DNA of 60,928 nucleotides, filler included. It is 11 parts of 11 records of this genome, joined end to end, with 100 filler letters (N's around TTAATTAATTAA, not from the genome) between each part and the next. Parts side by side here need not be neighbours in the genome. Positions count along the whole stretch, not along the records: positions 9,832 to 18,591 come from SRR7504441_10444; positions 18,692 to 21,723 come from SRR7504441_10446; positions 21,824 to 25,267 come from SRR7504441_10448; positions 25,368 to 28,981 come from SRR7504441_10451; 7 more parts are not named here. One strand, written 5' to 3'. How positions within the stretch are numbered: the stretch's first letter is position 1; each line of letters opens with the position of its first letter. Made by a program: the position numbers and the translations under genes. Of this stretch, positions 13,001-25,383 are shown one piece after another. The notes under the pieces were generated by a model, which searched no databases, was not told where the DNA came from, and saw only the letters and a program-made list of their open reading frames with translations.

Positions 13001-13503
13001 GGCGGTACGTGGTGGGGGTGCAGCTTGCTACCGACTTCAATATATCTGTGCATGATCTGGCGCTCCCACCAGGCAACCAGCGCTTTGTCAGCTACAGATA
13101 CAATGATGCACACACGTTTCACCCAACGCGTGCAGAGCTCCAGCCAGTGGTGGGCAGCCGTGTGCTCACTCTACACAAGAGTGACGACGAGAGCTGCTCA
13201 ACCGCACCGCGATTCAATATCACAACTCGGTGCTTCCCATTCGAGCTACATGCGGTTGCTCCTATCGCGTCCAATGGCTGGGTGCTTACCGGAGAGGTCG
13301 GTAAATTCATACCTGTCTCCAACCAGCGGATCACGTCTGTCGAGGAGCTTTCGACAGGGGGATTCCGGGTTGTGCTCAAGGGTGCGCCTAAAGAGAGGGT
13401 TATGATGGGTGCCGCAGATATGCGCACTAATGCTCCTGCAGTGTATGAAGAAGCGACAATCGATGAAAGCGGCGAAGCCATCTTGACTCTCCAAAGCAAA
13501 TGA
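10053..13503 (+). CDS. Secreted glycoside-hydrolase-like protein (uncharacterised clan GH-D/GH36-like TIM barrel) with a ricin-B-like lectin insert; 3 exons
   Basis: Signal peptide. GT-AG introns 10932-10975 and 12125-12177 restore the frame. Motifs LLDSWWY, FPLGL, WGLGTIKQDH, RASPDY, QWAIG, PYKDTF. QQF/CID/ELW/CLE/QGW ricin-type pattern at about 12250-12700. Confidence 0.65.
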
Positions 13504-13921
13504 ACTATAGCGCGTTCATCTCAGCTTTATTTACGAGTAGATCAGAATTAATTTCAGGTATACTTGTAGTGGCAGTAGAGATGTGCGCATGCAACGGATG
13601 CATGGAGTCTACACCATTTAGAGTTAGTCATGGCAGCTAGCTGCTTGTCGTGGCTTCAAGGCCTCTTGTTCTTCTCGTTTTTCTAAATTAGTAGACTTGT
13701 TGTACTCGTACACGCCGTAGTTCTCACAACTGATCCTCAAAACCTGGGTTGGCAGACTTAAACAGTAGGACAAGATCTACTGACCGGTTGCAAAGCGGCC
13801 GGTCAGTCTACTGTCAGTTACATGGGCACAGCACAGGTAGATCTACTTATTACCGGTCATCAGTCAGGATCAAGTCCCGATCAACTGATCATCATCAGGG
13901 CAAGGTGCAAGGCTCAATGTG

Positions 13922-16704
13922 ATGGGAACAGTGCTGAGCCACTTGCGGTCCGGCAAGGCCAGCAGCGCTGACCGGGGCCCGGCGCTGACTGCTGTGGTTC
14001 CAGGTGCCGTCGGGGCCTGGCTGTTGCCTGTCTCGGCTGCTCCAGGACCCTCGGCTGCTGCACGAGCTGGTCGAGCCGGCCGAGCAGGACTACTGCGCCG
14101 ATGTGGACGACTTGATGTGCCCGGTCCGCCCCGCAGCAGCGGCTCAGTCCCCGGGCAGCCAGCTGCGCGATTATCCACCGGCAGTGCTCAAGACGCTGGA
14201 CGCGATTTTCGAGGGACTGTGCCACGATCTCGGGCAGCACCAGCCCGTGGTCACCCGCGCCGGGGTGGACTCGCTGGCTAGCAAGGCATCGGTCGGGGGT
14301 GGCTGCTTGGATGACTGTGCTGGGCAGCTGGGCATACCGGCTAGCCATATCGATGCGCACGTGGCTTCGAACAAGGCGGTGGCCGAAGCGTTCCAGTCAA
14401 TCGACGGGCACCAGCTGCTGGACGACGAGCCGTCGGGCGAGGATAGCTTCACCAGGGAGCAGTGCGTCCGCACCTGCCGGCCGCCGTGATGTGCCATCCC
14501 CAGGTTTCTGTCGCTGTGGAAGCCAGCGATAGCCAACCTCAGCTTGGGTGGGTGCGCGCGGTCCGGCCGCCGAGCAACCGGATGGCCAGCTGACGAGGCC
14601 GAGATCAAGCAGTGCTGCGCCAAGCTAGAGCGGCTGGCGCTAGGAGACGAGAGCGGAACGAGCCGCTCGAGCCCCCCAGCCAGCCCAGTGATCCGGCAGC
14701 AGGCCGGAATGATCCAAGCAATGGCTGAGTGAGGGGAGCAGGCGGGCTCGGAGGCGGTGGTGGCTTCGTGCAAGGCTCGGGTGAGGTCCCTGAGACAATC
14801 TCTGCGCCAAGCTAGCACTCTTAAGCCCCGCCAGAAGCAACTGGAAGTGGCGTTCAGCAATCTGGCGAACAAGGTGGTGAGCGTGAGCTGAGGGCTCTGA
14901 CGGCACGCAGGAGAAGGAGGATGCCCAGCTGGAAAGTGTGCTCGGGCGGATGGTTTCTGACGAGAGCAGTGCAGTGTGGGAACAGCAGGTATCATGACTG
15001 GGCCGGCATCTGCTAGCGTATGTTGTGCTAGGCTGCCGGAATCTTGGACGAATTGCGGAAGAAGCGGGACAGTTGCGATGGCTCACTTAAGGAATTGCAA
15101 CAGGAAACCACGGTAGCAGTAGTCAAAGGCTTCGTTCATGAATCACTGTGCAGGCTACCGTGGAGCGCAATTTGAAGCGGTTCTTGATCAGCATAGGGGT
15201 TGGAACAGACAGCCAGGAAGCAACTCTAAGGTGGCTCACTGATGTGCTCAGCTGTTGTGATGCGCCCACAGGCCGCAGCTAACCGCCATGATCAAAGAGG
15301 CGCACAAGCTGGCAGTCCAGTGTACGCGTGGTGAGTTGAAGCGTGTCAAGGATAAACTCACAAAGTTTGAGCCGTATGTCAAATCTCTTGAGGACGAGGC
15401 CAAAGGGGGCGTGTGTGTGGATCCGCTTGAGCCCAACACATTACTTGCGGCTGCAAACAACACCCGAAGCATGTCAGCGGGCCTGATTCAGCAGGTCAGA
15501 TCCTAGGCTCGAACTGTCCTGTTTGTGTGACCATTCTCTCAGATTGATGAATGCTGCAAATTCGAGTTGGAGCGGAGCAAAAGTGTTGCTGCAGCCCCAG
15601 TTGCTCGTCTACAGTGGTACCATCTCTTGACATCCAATGAAATGATGGTTGGGCAGGGACTTGTTGCGGTATGAAGTCATCCACCTGCGGGCCAAGCAAG
15701 CTAAATTTAAAGTGGTCCGCGAAACACTTGCTCACGATGCATTGATTACCAGGGTCTCGCCATTCGCGTCAAATTGCCTGTTCACTGTGGTGTGTGCAGC
15801 AAGTGAAGCCTCATCTGCTCGGGACGAAATGGACCAAACAAGAGGTCGATGCCCTGCTAGATAAAGTCCAAGTGGTCCGAGCAGATGCACAAACAGCATG
15901 CCAGGAGGTGGCCTGCTAGTATTCTGCCAGGATTGACAGTGCCGACAGATCACAGAGATGAGATTCCTCTTCTCATGCAATAGCTCACTCAGTCTAGACC
16001 AGCTCTGTGAGGAATTTAGGGTAATTCCTTCCGCGACTCTGGGGAGCCACTACTCACCTAAATATCACAGGCATCAATCCAAGACTTACAGATGCAACAG
16101 AATTCATCCAAATTCAAACGCCTGGAAAAACAACTCTCAGATTTGTCGTCACAGGCATTCTTCCTGCATTTCATGATGGATCACTTTTATCTGTTCAGGT
16201 CATCTCAGAGCAACGACGCCTCTCGTCTCTAACAGATGAGGGGAAAGAGGCTATGATAAAGTGTCTCCAAGCCAAGTCCAACAGTTTTGTTGCCGCTTTG
16301 TCTGAAATTTTGGACAGGTTAGAAGCATCCAAGAAGACGAACATGCAGCAGAGAGAATTTCTGGATAAAAGCGTCGACTCTGTGAGTCCTGATCTGGCGC
16401 TAATATGTATAGCCTGACATCTGCTGTTGCACTGAGAGCTGAGTGGTGTCGTGCTCCCTCTTTAGCTCCATTCTGCGGAGGAGAAAGCATTGCTTAAGAA
16501 AGTTCCAAAATTGAAGGAAACCCTTCAGCAAGCGGTGAGGAATCTGTTCGGTTGGCCTGATGACTTATCATTTGTTTGTCGCAGGAGAGCGATTTGAAAC
16601 GAGCAAAGGAAGAGCTTGCCCAGCTGCTTGGTGATGAAGGGCTAGCAAGAGTAGGCAACAAGACCAGCATACAACTCCATGACGTTGTTACAATAGTTGA
16701 ATGA
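13922..16704 (+). CDS. Intron-rich hypothetical protein with coiled-coil segments (exon structure uncertain; possibly more than one gene)
   Basis: Chain of short coding-like exons (e.g. 14004-14489, 15288-15506) separated by about 40-50 nt GT..AG segments; last exon ends ...QLHDVVTIVE-TGA before an AT-rich spacer. Confidence 0.4.
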
Positions 16705-16787
16705 TCGTTAAATGTGTAAGTATTTCAATATTACTCGCATCAAGAGTATTAGAGTAAGCTACTGACTACCATTGATCAGTTCTAGAT

Positions 16788-18396
16788 CTAAAGTTCTGGC
16801 TTCTGTTGTGAATTTCCCAGTAGGTGCAGCAGATTGGACATCATGTTCGAAGCTGCTTCAGATTTGGCTACTTCCGTCCCTCCTGTAACACCTTCATAAC
16901 AAAGCCCAAGCATCTTGTTTTTCTTACCCATATTTGCTTGAAGGTACTGCAGTTTAGTCAAAGCATCAGCAGGCTGCTTGTTGTTTGCTAAACCACGGGC
17001 CTGCAATGTTTCCATTTAGTACATGGATGCCTTGTCAAGCTGCATGACCTCTTCTAGTAGCTCTTTTGCTTGTGTTTCCTGTGCTGCTGTCAGGTACTGA
17101 CTAATGTGCTCCTTCCAGATTTGAGTCTGGTTTAGGGTTGCCTGGCATAAGACTCAAAGAATCCTGCAACTAGCAATTACCTGAAGCTGCCGCATCTCAT
17201 CTATGAGGAGGAGCTGGTCCTTATCGTTTGTCATACCACTAGTCCTGTCCCAGAGTCGACGAGCCTGAGTTTCGAGTGTATTATTGCGCTGCAGCCACGC
17301 AAGCGGTCAATAATGCTGCGAGTGAATCGATTTGGTGCTACCTGAAGATACTCGACCACGGTTTTGACTATCTGTTCTGTAGTTTCAATGCCTTCTTCCG
17401 CAGTCTGAGCAATTTTGTAGGGTGTGCCAGTTTTGTTGTCACTTGGGAAGACATAGAACGAGGGAAGCATTTTGACGTTAAAGCTGACCACACAAAAGCA
17501 CCCATCAGGAGGGACTGACGCACACTGTCATGTTACCGTGCCATCAGGTCTTTGCTTTTATCCGCATTTACTCGCACTGCTGCAAGCTGCACCGTGCTGT
17601 CACTTGCTGCGGTTGCATCGGGATACCTTGGGGTATTTCCTCACTCTAGCTGTGATTAAATTGTATGTGCTTTTAAAGGCACTACAGTGCTTGCACCATG
17701 GAGCGAAAAACTCGACCAGCACCGTCTTTGTGGGATCCTCCACATATTTAGCCCAGTCATTGCTGGTCACATCCCGTGCTTCACTGTCACCAAACATACA
17801 TTTGTTGGGCACTGGAAGGCCTGTGTCCCCAACCCATCAGATTTCACTGGCAGGCTTGCTGCATACCCATCTTTTCTTTGACCGCGAATGCCATTTTCCA
17901 AGGGGTGTTTGGTGAGATTACGCTGCACGTCCTGTAAGTTGGGCGCAGTTTGGCTGGTAAGCTACCTCGGCGTGGTATCTGGGCCCGCGTCTTTACTGAA
18001 GAATCGGACTGCTGGCACTTTTGATACGTTTATTCTGGGGCCGCGCAGGTCGTCGTAGTCGAATAGGGTCACGTTGGCAGTCATAATGTCCAGCTCGTCG
18101 CTCAAGTAGCTCATCTCCGATTGCAGCTCATCAAAGTCGGGTCGGAACCTTTTGCAGGCCGAGCACCTGGCCCGGTCTCTGCTCAGCAGGCCGGTCGGCC
18201 GCCGATTGCGGCACCAGGGCGCGTAGAACATGACCACCATGTTCCTTTTGCCGACGTACTGGTTGAAGTTGAAAGGTGTGAGCTCGAGCATGGTGACTGG
18301 CTGGCTCCATGGTGCAGGGTTAGGCTGGGCTGCCAGCACAGCAGTGCAGGCTAGGCACAAGCACACTGCGATGCAGATCACGACTCCCACCCGCAT
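16788..18396 (-). CDS. Protein disulfide-isomerase family protein (two thioredoxin domains plus helical C-terminus, ends KPEL)
   Basis: Signal peptide MRVGVVICIAVCLCL. FYAPW|CSAC after removing intron 18167-18214; second site EFFAPWCKHC. Intron 17001-17048. KDEL-like C-terminus. Confidence 0.85.
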
Positions 18397-18487
18397 GCTG
18401 GCGCCTCCGCTTCGTATTGTGTCTGGATCAGGCAAACTCGACGTCACCGCCGTAACGGAAGCCTTGGGAAGAGCGATCGGAGAGACC

Positions 18488-18591
18488 ATGCGAGTGTGCT
18501 TGGTCAGGGCTCTGGTGCTGTGCCTCCTGCTGGTGCCGTGTGCGGCCGATCCCGCCAGCACCGCCGATGTCGCTGACGAGATTGCTCTCGC
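18488..18591 (+). CDS. 5' fragment of a secreted protein (signal peptide only)
   Basis: MRVCLVRALVLCLLLVPCAADP..., truncated by the contig end; divergent from the PDI. Confidence 0.55.
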
Positions 18592-18691
18592 NNNNNNNNN
18601 NNNNNNNNNNNNNNNNNNNNNNNNNNNNNNNNNNNTTAATTAATTAANNNNNNNNNNNNNNNNNNNNNNNNNNNNNNNNNNNNNNNNNNNN
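18592..18691. other. Artificial contig linker
   Basis: N44-TTAATTAATTAA-N44. Confidence 0.99.
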
Positions 18692-19380
18692 AGGCGAACC
18701 GGTGTACAGCGAGGAGCAGCTCGCGCAGTTTGCCAGACTCCGCCACGCCTGGGTCGAGGACGGGTTTCGAGGTGACGACCAGGTTGGCTTCTCGAACGAA
18801 ACTGAGGCCAGGGCGTTCTACGATGCGCTGGACCAGGTGCGGGCGTAGGGTCTTCAGGCTGAACTGCCGGCAGGAGGGCAACGGGGTCGTCACGATGGGC
18901 GATTTTGTCCGCTGGCAAGTGGAGTTTCTCTATGATAAGGACTTCAAAGGCCCCTGGGATGAGTGGGACGTGGTGGAGAAGTCGTGGCTTCGAGGAGCCG
19001 ACGCCAAGATTGGACTTCCGAGTCACGTAGATCCTGCGACCGGGGAGCAGATTCTGGGCAGGCCGGCGGAGCTGGTTGCGCTCTTTTGGGCCCAAGGCCT
19101 CTTCTTTAAAAGGTACAAGGAAGCCGACGAGGCCGACCAAGAAGCGCTTCGGAGGGCACTAGGTTTTGGAGAAAATACAAGGAGGGAGGAGGTAGATGGA
19201 GAAGTGATCGGAGCCTGGAGCCTGGACCGGTCGGACAAGTCAACGATCGACGGGATCGAGACGAAGGGGCGCTATGAGCTGGTGGAAGGCGGTGCAGACA
19301 TGATGGCTGCAGCCATGGCCGTCAAGATCCCTTGGGAGCAATGGAAGGCGAGCCCTATGATCGAGAGCGTGTGCAACTAG
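18692..19380 (+). CDS. Hypothetical protein, 3' fragment
   Basis: Protein-like ORF (...GDFVRWQVEFLYDKDFKGPWDEWDV...) ending in TAG before an AT-rich spacer; no recognisable motif. Confidence 0.5.
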
Positions 19381-19657
19381 AGTCCTCAAGGAGGTGGGGT
19401 GAACTTCCTTTAGCTTTGCGATAGCCGGTACAGAATTCTGATCGGAGGTACCTACAATTGAACCCAATAGATGTTAAGAATTATATTAGATTATCTAAAG
19501 ATCGTCTCTCGTGATCTATTTAATACGTACATACGGTACGTGTAGACATGACATTGTACAGCTGACTTATAGTAACTACATGTAGAGGAGAATTTAATTT
19601 ACTAGACTATTTAATTTATCGTCCAATTAATTATCTTATACTCTTACGAGTACGCAC

Positions 19658-21723
19658 TCAGTTGGCAGCCTCTGTGCGGTCGAGCCCCTCTAGCAATCGA
19701 CCAGCAACAATCGAAAGATTGTTGGTGGTCATATGATGGAGCTTGGTTTTGTCCACAATCTGTAGGCTCGGCTGCTCCAATACTCCAAGCGCTCCCTTGA
19801 GCACCTGAAAAGGGCTGTCACTGAGAAACCAGTACTGACAATGGACAACAAGAATTGGTGAACAATCAAAACATTATTAGACAGACCTCAAGAACCCAGA
19901 CATACTTGCCAATCTCTAGAAGCTGCATCCCAACTACGTTGCTTGATACGACGAGCCGTCGTGCTAGATGTTTTACTAGTCTATCCTCCAGGCTGCACAT
20001 GCAACGCCTTAACAAGTGAGCCACATGACTGGTCATACCCTGATTGTTGAATTCGTTGCATCAGCTCATTGGACATGCCAATCACATCGTAGTACTTTTC
20101 AAGCACCTCCTTGTTTGGTGTCATATACTGCCGATTGACACGTCGCCGGCCCAGAAAACGCCTGATAGCTCCCTGAAGTTTGAGAGCCCCACTCAAGTCG
20201 TTGTGCGGCGAGCGAGTTCGTGTGATCGGAGACCGGCTTCGCTTGGGGCTTTGTAATGTCGGCTGCTTGACTCTTTGAGGCGATGAGGGCGATGGGGATG
20301 ACCGAGGAGGCGATAGCGATCTCAGCTTTGTTTTGACCACCTGTTAAGCAAGATCATGCCAGCAGTGCGTGGGCTATACGTCGAGTTCGTGTGCTAATTT
20401 GTCTGTTTTAAGGCTCTTCTGGTCGAGCTTATCTTGCACTACTGCGACACTCCGTGATGCGCGAGTACTTTCCTCCAACTCGACTGACAGCTGCAGCATG
20501 CGTTCAGGCACAGGCCAGCAGGGCTGTCTGACCTGGTCCACCTGGCCTTTGAGGGTATCTGTTTCTTTCGCAATAGAGCGCAGCTGTTGCAATTCTGTTT
20601 CGTTGCGACTACACACAAAACATTACATTCGACGGTTACCAACAATGATGAGCACACACCTTTCTACACCGGAAACCAGACGCTTGAGCGTGATTACTTC
20701 TTCATCCCGTTCTTGCAACAGCTTGCGAAGGGCAGCCATATCGACGCTAGTAAACGCGCACGCTTGGCTGCACGCACATGGGCATATGAGAACATCAAAC
20801 GCATAGCGCACCTCTGGATGTCTTGTAATTGTTGTCTCAGAGTAGAGAGCTCGGCCTCCATGGAAGCTGCTGATTGTGATGAAAGGCACATGAAAGGACC
20901 GAGTTGAAGTTTGACCAATTTCTGCAAGTCGTTCTCTGTAAGAGCTCCTGCGCCTGTTCCCGGTTTGAACAAGAGCTCCAAGATGATGCTTCCATCGCGC
21001 GCGTCGATGCATTGCAACTGCTTCGCTTCTACCCCTAAAACGCGTGCTGCGTCACCAATGATAGCTTGGAGCTTGTCATCCGAAAACGCCTGGAAGTTTC
21101 CATCCAAACGAACAACGAAAAATTGAGTATCCTTGGGCTTTTGGGCATCTTGTCGGGTGCGTTGCGCCCAGAAGAAAGCATGCATCCCCAATTTACCCTT
21201 CAACATCCTGGCCAGCACACCCTGCAGCTGTCTCACTGCGCTCAGCTTGCCTTTCCTCTGTAGGGCATCAACCATGGCTGTCTCGTGAGCCGCTGCCCTC
21301 TGCTCCTTCATTATCAGCCTCCATAGCACAACAGCAGCCCCTACCTCCCCCTTGAGTATTCTTGCCAGCACGCTCTGCAGCTGCCTCACTGCACTTAGCT
21401 TACCCTTCTGTTCTAATGCATCCACAACAGCTGAATCCGTTGGTTTAGCGTATTCTTTCATCGTCAGTCTCCACAACACCACTCTAGCACCCACCTCGCC
21501 TTTGACCATCCTCGCTAGTACACCCTGCAACTGCCTCACGGCGCTCAACTGACCCTTCCTCGCTAATGCATTTAAGACAGATGCTTCGTGAGCCACTGCT
21601 CTTTCTCCATTCATTGAGAGTCTCCACAACACAATTAAAGCCCCTGTCTCACCCTTCAGCATCCTGGCCAGCACACCCTGTAGCTGCCTCACGGCGCTTA
21701 ACTGCCCTTTCCTCTCCAATGCA
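19658..21723 (-). CDS. Repeat protein: about 51-aa helical repeats, SEA-like segment, coiled coil, IQ-like motif; 5'-partial, multi-exon
   Basis: Four KG(Q/K)LSAVRQLQxVLAR(M/I)xKG..W repeats; ...ARDGSIILELLF; ALKLQGAIRRFLGRR; last exon ends DRTEAAN-TGA. Confidence 0.6.
21190..21719 (-). repeat. Coding tandem repeat, about 150-153 nt unit, at least 3.5 copies
   Basis: Recurring gccagcacaccctgcagctgcctcac-like blocks at about 21210, 21364, 21514 and 21667. Confidence 0.9.
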
Positions 21724-21823
21724 NNNNNNNNNNNNNNNNNNNNNNNNNNNNNNNNNNNNNNNNNNNNTTAATTAATTAANNNNNNNNNNNNNNNNNNNNN
21801 NNNNNNNNNNNNNNNNNNNNNNN
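21724..21823. other. Artificial contig linker
   Basis: N44-TTAATTAATTAA-N44. Confidence 0.99.
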
Positions 21824-21864
21824 CTCGCTCAAGACAGTAGAGGGGCTGTAGTTTCGCAATCAAA

Positions 21865-22554
21865 TTAAAACCTGGCGGTTAACGCCCCGGTGGCCGCCGT
21901 GTGCTTCGCTGGGCGCCTCTTGGGCTCCAAGCTCCACGAGGGCACCCGAGGCGACGTGCTGAGAAACCCGAACCGTGGCTTGTAAAGCCCCACCGGAGGC
22001 CCGACAGCCACTGGAGGATGCAGCGAGCGCGGCGTGGTCCGGAACTTGCCGCCTCGGATCTGGCTCCACATGCTATGTTGCCTCGAGTGCTGCACAGCCT
22101 GCCTGAGCCCCGGGGCCGGCGGGTGGGCTCGCCAGTTCCATCAGCTCTGCGAAGCTCTTGCCGCTGAGGTCGTGCCGCGGGCCTCGCGGATCCGGCCCTC
22201 GTGGGACGCTGATGGGCGCCAGTTTGCCCCCCGCCCCCTTGCTGCAGCACAGAATCGCCGTCTGGCGCCCAGCGGCGCTCCGACACTGCGCGCAGAGTCA
22301 GCCGCTTTCCAGGCCGGCGCGCACCGCGATGGGAGGGCCAGGGTCTTGCCGCATGCTCGCCGGCGGCTTGGCGTAGTACACCAGCGTGGGCTTGGGCCGC
22401 CTGGGGCATCCGGTCGGCCTAGCCGGCCCGGGCTGCACCTGGCCGGCTGGGCCGGCTTGGTGGGCGGGGCGGGCGGGGGCTCGGGCGGGAGACCCCAGCA
22501 GCCCAGCGGCTCTGACGGATCGTAGTATCCGACCGGTAGCTCCCGGGTCGCCAT
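21865..22554 (-). CDS. Small Pro/Gly-rich hypothetical protein (weak SHIPPO/ODF3-like PxGxY motifs)
   Basis: LPVGYYDP and GPPVGLYKPRFGFL motifs; exon joins not resolved. Confidence 0.3.
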
Positions 22555-22667
22555 CACATCCGGGTCGGCCGGCCGCCTTGTCCCTGCGTGCCCCGGGGAG
22601 ACGCTTCAAGGCGCTCACGCGGAATTCTTTTTATTTTTAATTGCTGCCAGGGGCTCCGTCTGAGGAG

Positions 22668-23894
22668 ATGCGGGCGGTCCGGGCTGAGGGGCAGCCGGAG
22701 GGGGAGTTCGTGCAGCAGCAAGTGATCAAAATGTGCCCACTCTGTCTGGCCTGCCCGCTCAGGCGCCGCAGGTACAATGTGCTGCTCCCGCAGTGTTTCC
22801 GGCTGATCGAGGCGCAAGCCCAGCAGATCGGAAGGATGCAGGCCCAGCTGGACAGCCTGTCGGCACAGATGGCCGACAAAGTGTCTGCCGAGCTGCTCGA
22901 CAACAAGCTGGCCGCTGTGCAGCAGCGGGTGGCAGCCGAGCGCCGACAGATCAGCGTGCACCAGGCGCTGCCAGCGGCGGGCTGGCTGACTGGGGCGAGC
23001 AGGTGGACGGGCTGGCGGCTTACCTGGAATCTAGGCCGATAGCGAGGCACACGCACGGGATGGAGGAGGTGCTGGAGCTGCCGCCGGGGATGGATGCCCT
23101 CCGACGGAGCTCGGAGGATCTGTGCGAGCAGCTGAAGCAAGGTGTTGACAGCCAGCTGGGGGTGGTCGAACGGTCGGCTGGTTGGGCGCTGCCGCCATTG
23201 AGGTGCAACCAGGCGACTCGAAGAGCAGCATGAGGAGCTGCAGGGACTAGCAGCAGGAATGCTAGAGGTGGGGACATTAAAAGCATTCGATATACTGAAG
23301 CTGTGTTTGATTGGCATGCAGAAAGCAGACAAGCAGCACCAGCATGGGACCGGTGATGTTCTGGAGCTCGAGGGCCAGCTGTCTGGCAAGGCTGCGTGCT
23401 CCCACACGGTCCACCCTGCCCCTGCATTGTCACCCAGCCCGGCATGTGGCAGCATGATATTGGGCATGTCGAAGGGCTAACAGACGAGTTAGATCAGAGA
23501 GCGCCGTGGCCGCATACGCACCCCGTGCCGCAGGTGCCTGTGAATCAGTTTTGGATCGTCAGTGGCGGGCGTGCAGGTCAGAGGACTTGATGAGTACATC
23601 CAGGAGCACGCTGCACCGTGTGATCATGGGCACGAGGTTGCTGCAATCGGTGACCTCGTGAGCCAATTGGACGGATGTGTCAAGAAAGCCGAGCTGGTCA
23701 AGGAAGCCGAAGAGGCCATCAAGCCCCAGATCGAGCAGGTCCGAAAGGAAGTCCACAAGATATGTTCGAAGAAAGCCGAGATCAGCCACACGCACTCGAT
23801 CGAACAGGCGCCACGCGGTGTGAGGCTGATGGCGCCTAGCAGTGCAAGTGAAGTCTCGGGGTGCGCCAAGTCTGGACCGGCATTCAATAAATGA
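22668..23894 (+). CDS. Coiled-coil hypothetical protein, multi-exon
   Basis: Helical exons (IEAQAQQIGRMQAQLDSL...; LVKEAEEAIKPQIEQVRKEV) separated by short introns; TGA then an AT-rich spacer. Confidence 0.45.
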
Positions 23895-23958
23895 CGACCG
23901 GCTATACTCTTTTTAATTTAAAAATGTATACACTAACGTCATGAAGACTGAAGTAGGG

Positions 23959-25267
23959 TCACGATGCTTTCGCGTCACTAGCTACTTCGGGGTGTTTTTT
24001 CAACTCGGTCGCAATCCTCTCTTGGAGTTTAGCCACATGTAACTGGCCCAACCATCGCAGAAGCCGGCGGGGCGGCCGTACCAGCGACTCGACCAGTTGT
24101 CCGGCCGTCATCGACTCAAATTCATTCGCTCCCAGCAGCTGCTCGAGCTTTGCTATCACCTTGGGCGCCACTCAGACCTCACACAGCGGGAGGTTGCCTC
24201 GGGAGGACGGGCAGCCGGTGCAGCATCTTCGGGCCGCGCTTGGTTGCCTTGCTCGTCGTCCCTGCAGCACAATGTGAGATGGCCCCTCAACTAAGAGGCA
24301 TACTCGAACGTGACCCGTCGGCGCTTGGATGCAGGTGAGTCCGCCTAGGCGCAGTCAGCTAGCATGGCCTGCTGCCCGAGACCTGCCCCTGCGGCGAGCT
24401 GGACGTCTTGAGAATCGAGGGCGACCCGTCTGGGCAGTCAAGTCAGCTAAGGTCCCCCAAGGCTGAGCTGTACCGGCTCGCTTGCTCGGATTGTCTGGAC
24501 CGTTCCCGTGTAGAGGTGCCTACAGCTCTCTCAAGGCCCTGCAGCAGCCGGTGGGCACACCACAGCATCTTGCGGCCGATGCTCGATCAACAAGCTCGGC
24601 GACTGACTCGCCTCTGGCACTGCCTCTTGCCCACCACCCTGAGCTGGACTGGCGCTTCCCGGCACCTAGCTTCCAATCACAGCCAGCCCGGCCCGTCGCC
24701 TACCTCAGTCTCCCTGTCGTCAGTCTGAACAGTCTCTGGCTCTTCGGCCGGCGGCACCACTGTCTCCTCGCTGCCCGCCGTGCCTTCAAGCTGGCCTTCC
24801 AACTCGCCCAGTTTGCTCTGCCCTGCTGCATCTGGCTCCCCCAACTGGCCATTAGCCCTCTCTGGATGCTCCGAACCGGCCTGCGGGCATTGATCAGCGC
24901 CAGCACCGGCCGCAGCCACCTCGGGCCCGCTCTTGCCACTCGCGGCGTTGGCCCTCGCCTGAACCAGGAACTCTACTTGCTCCGCCACCGCGCCCCAGCC
25001 CGCTCGCTCCGGCCTCGACCAGTCCACTCGCCGGAACCACCCGACCGCCGCCTCGCTCTGTGCGCCGGCATTGACGCACCGAAGCAATTGATTCCCATCC
25101 GCTGGCCAGCACCGCTCGGTGCGGAAGAGGCAGGCAGGCCGCACCTGAGGCGCCTCTTGGGCGAAGCGCCACCTCCAGCGCTAGCCCGGGCTGCACAGCG
25201 GCGGACTGGCCTGGGTGGCAGCCACTGGCGCAGGCCTTGAGTAGTTCTACCAGCTTCTCGCCTTCTG
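23959..25267 (-). CDS. Hypothetical protein, 3' fragment, possible C-terminal DEK-C-like helical domain
   Basis: Last exons VIAKLEQLLGANEFESMTAGQLVESL...LQERIATEL; structure unresolved. Confidence 0.35.
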
Positions 25268-25367
25268 NNNNNNNNNNNNNNNNNNNNNNNNNNNNNNNNN
25301 NNNNNNNNNNNTTAATTAATTAANNNNNNNNNNNNNNNNNNNNNNNNNNNNNNNNNNNNNNNNNNNN
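25268..25367. other. Artificial contig linker
   Basis: N44-TTAATTAATTAA-N44. Confidence 0.99.
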
Positions 25368-25383
25368 CCCCCCCCCCCCCCCC

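Noticed and set aside
17001-17048. In-frame TAA inside the PDI C-terminal region (…SMY*MET…), suggesting stop-codon reassignment
   Set aside because: It lies in a 48-nt GT-AG intron with a branch-like ACTAA; removal gives KELLEE|ARGLA. TAA, TAG and TGA all end other genes normally.
25368-25383. Poly-C tract
   Set aside because: At a contig edge; likely a sequencing or assembly artefact.
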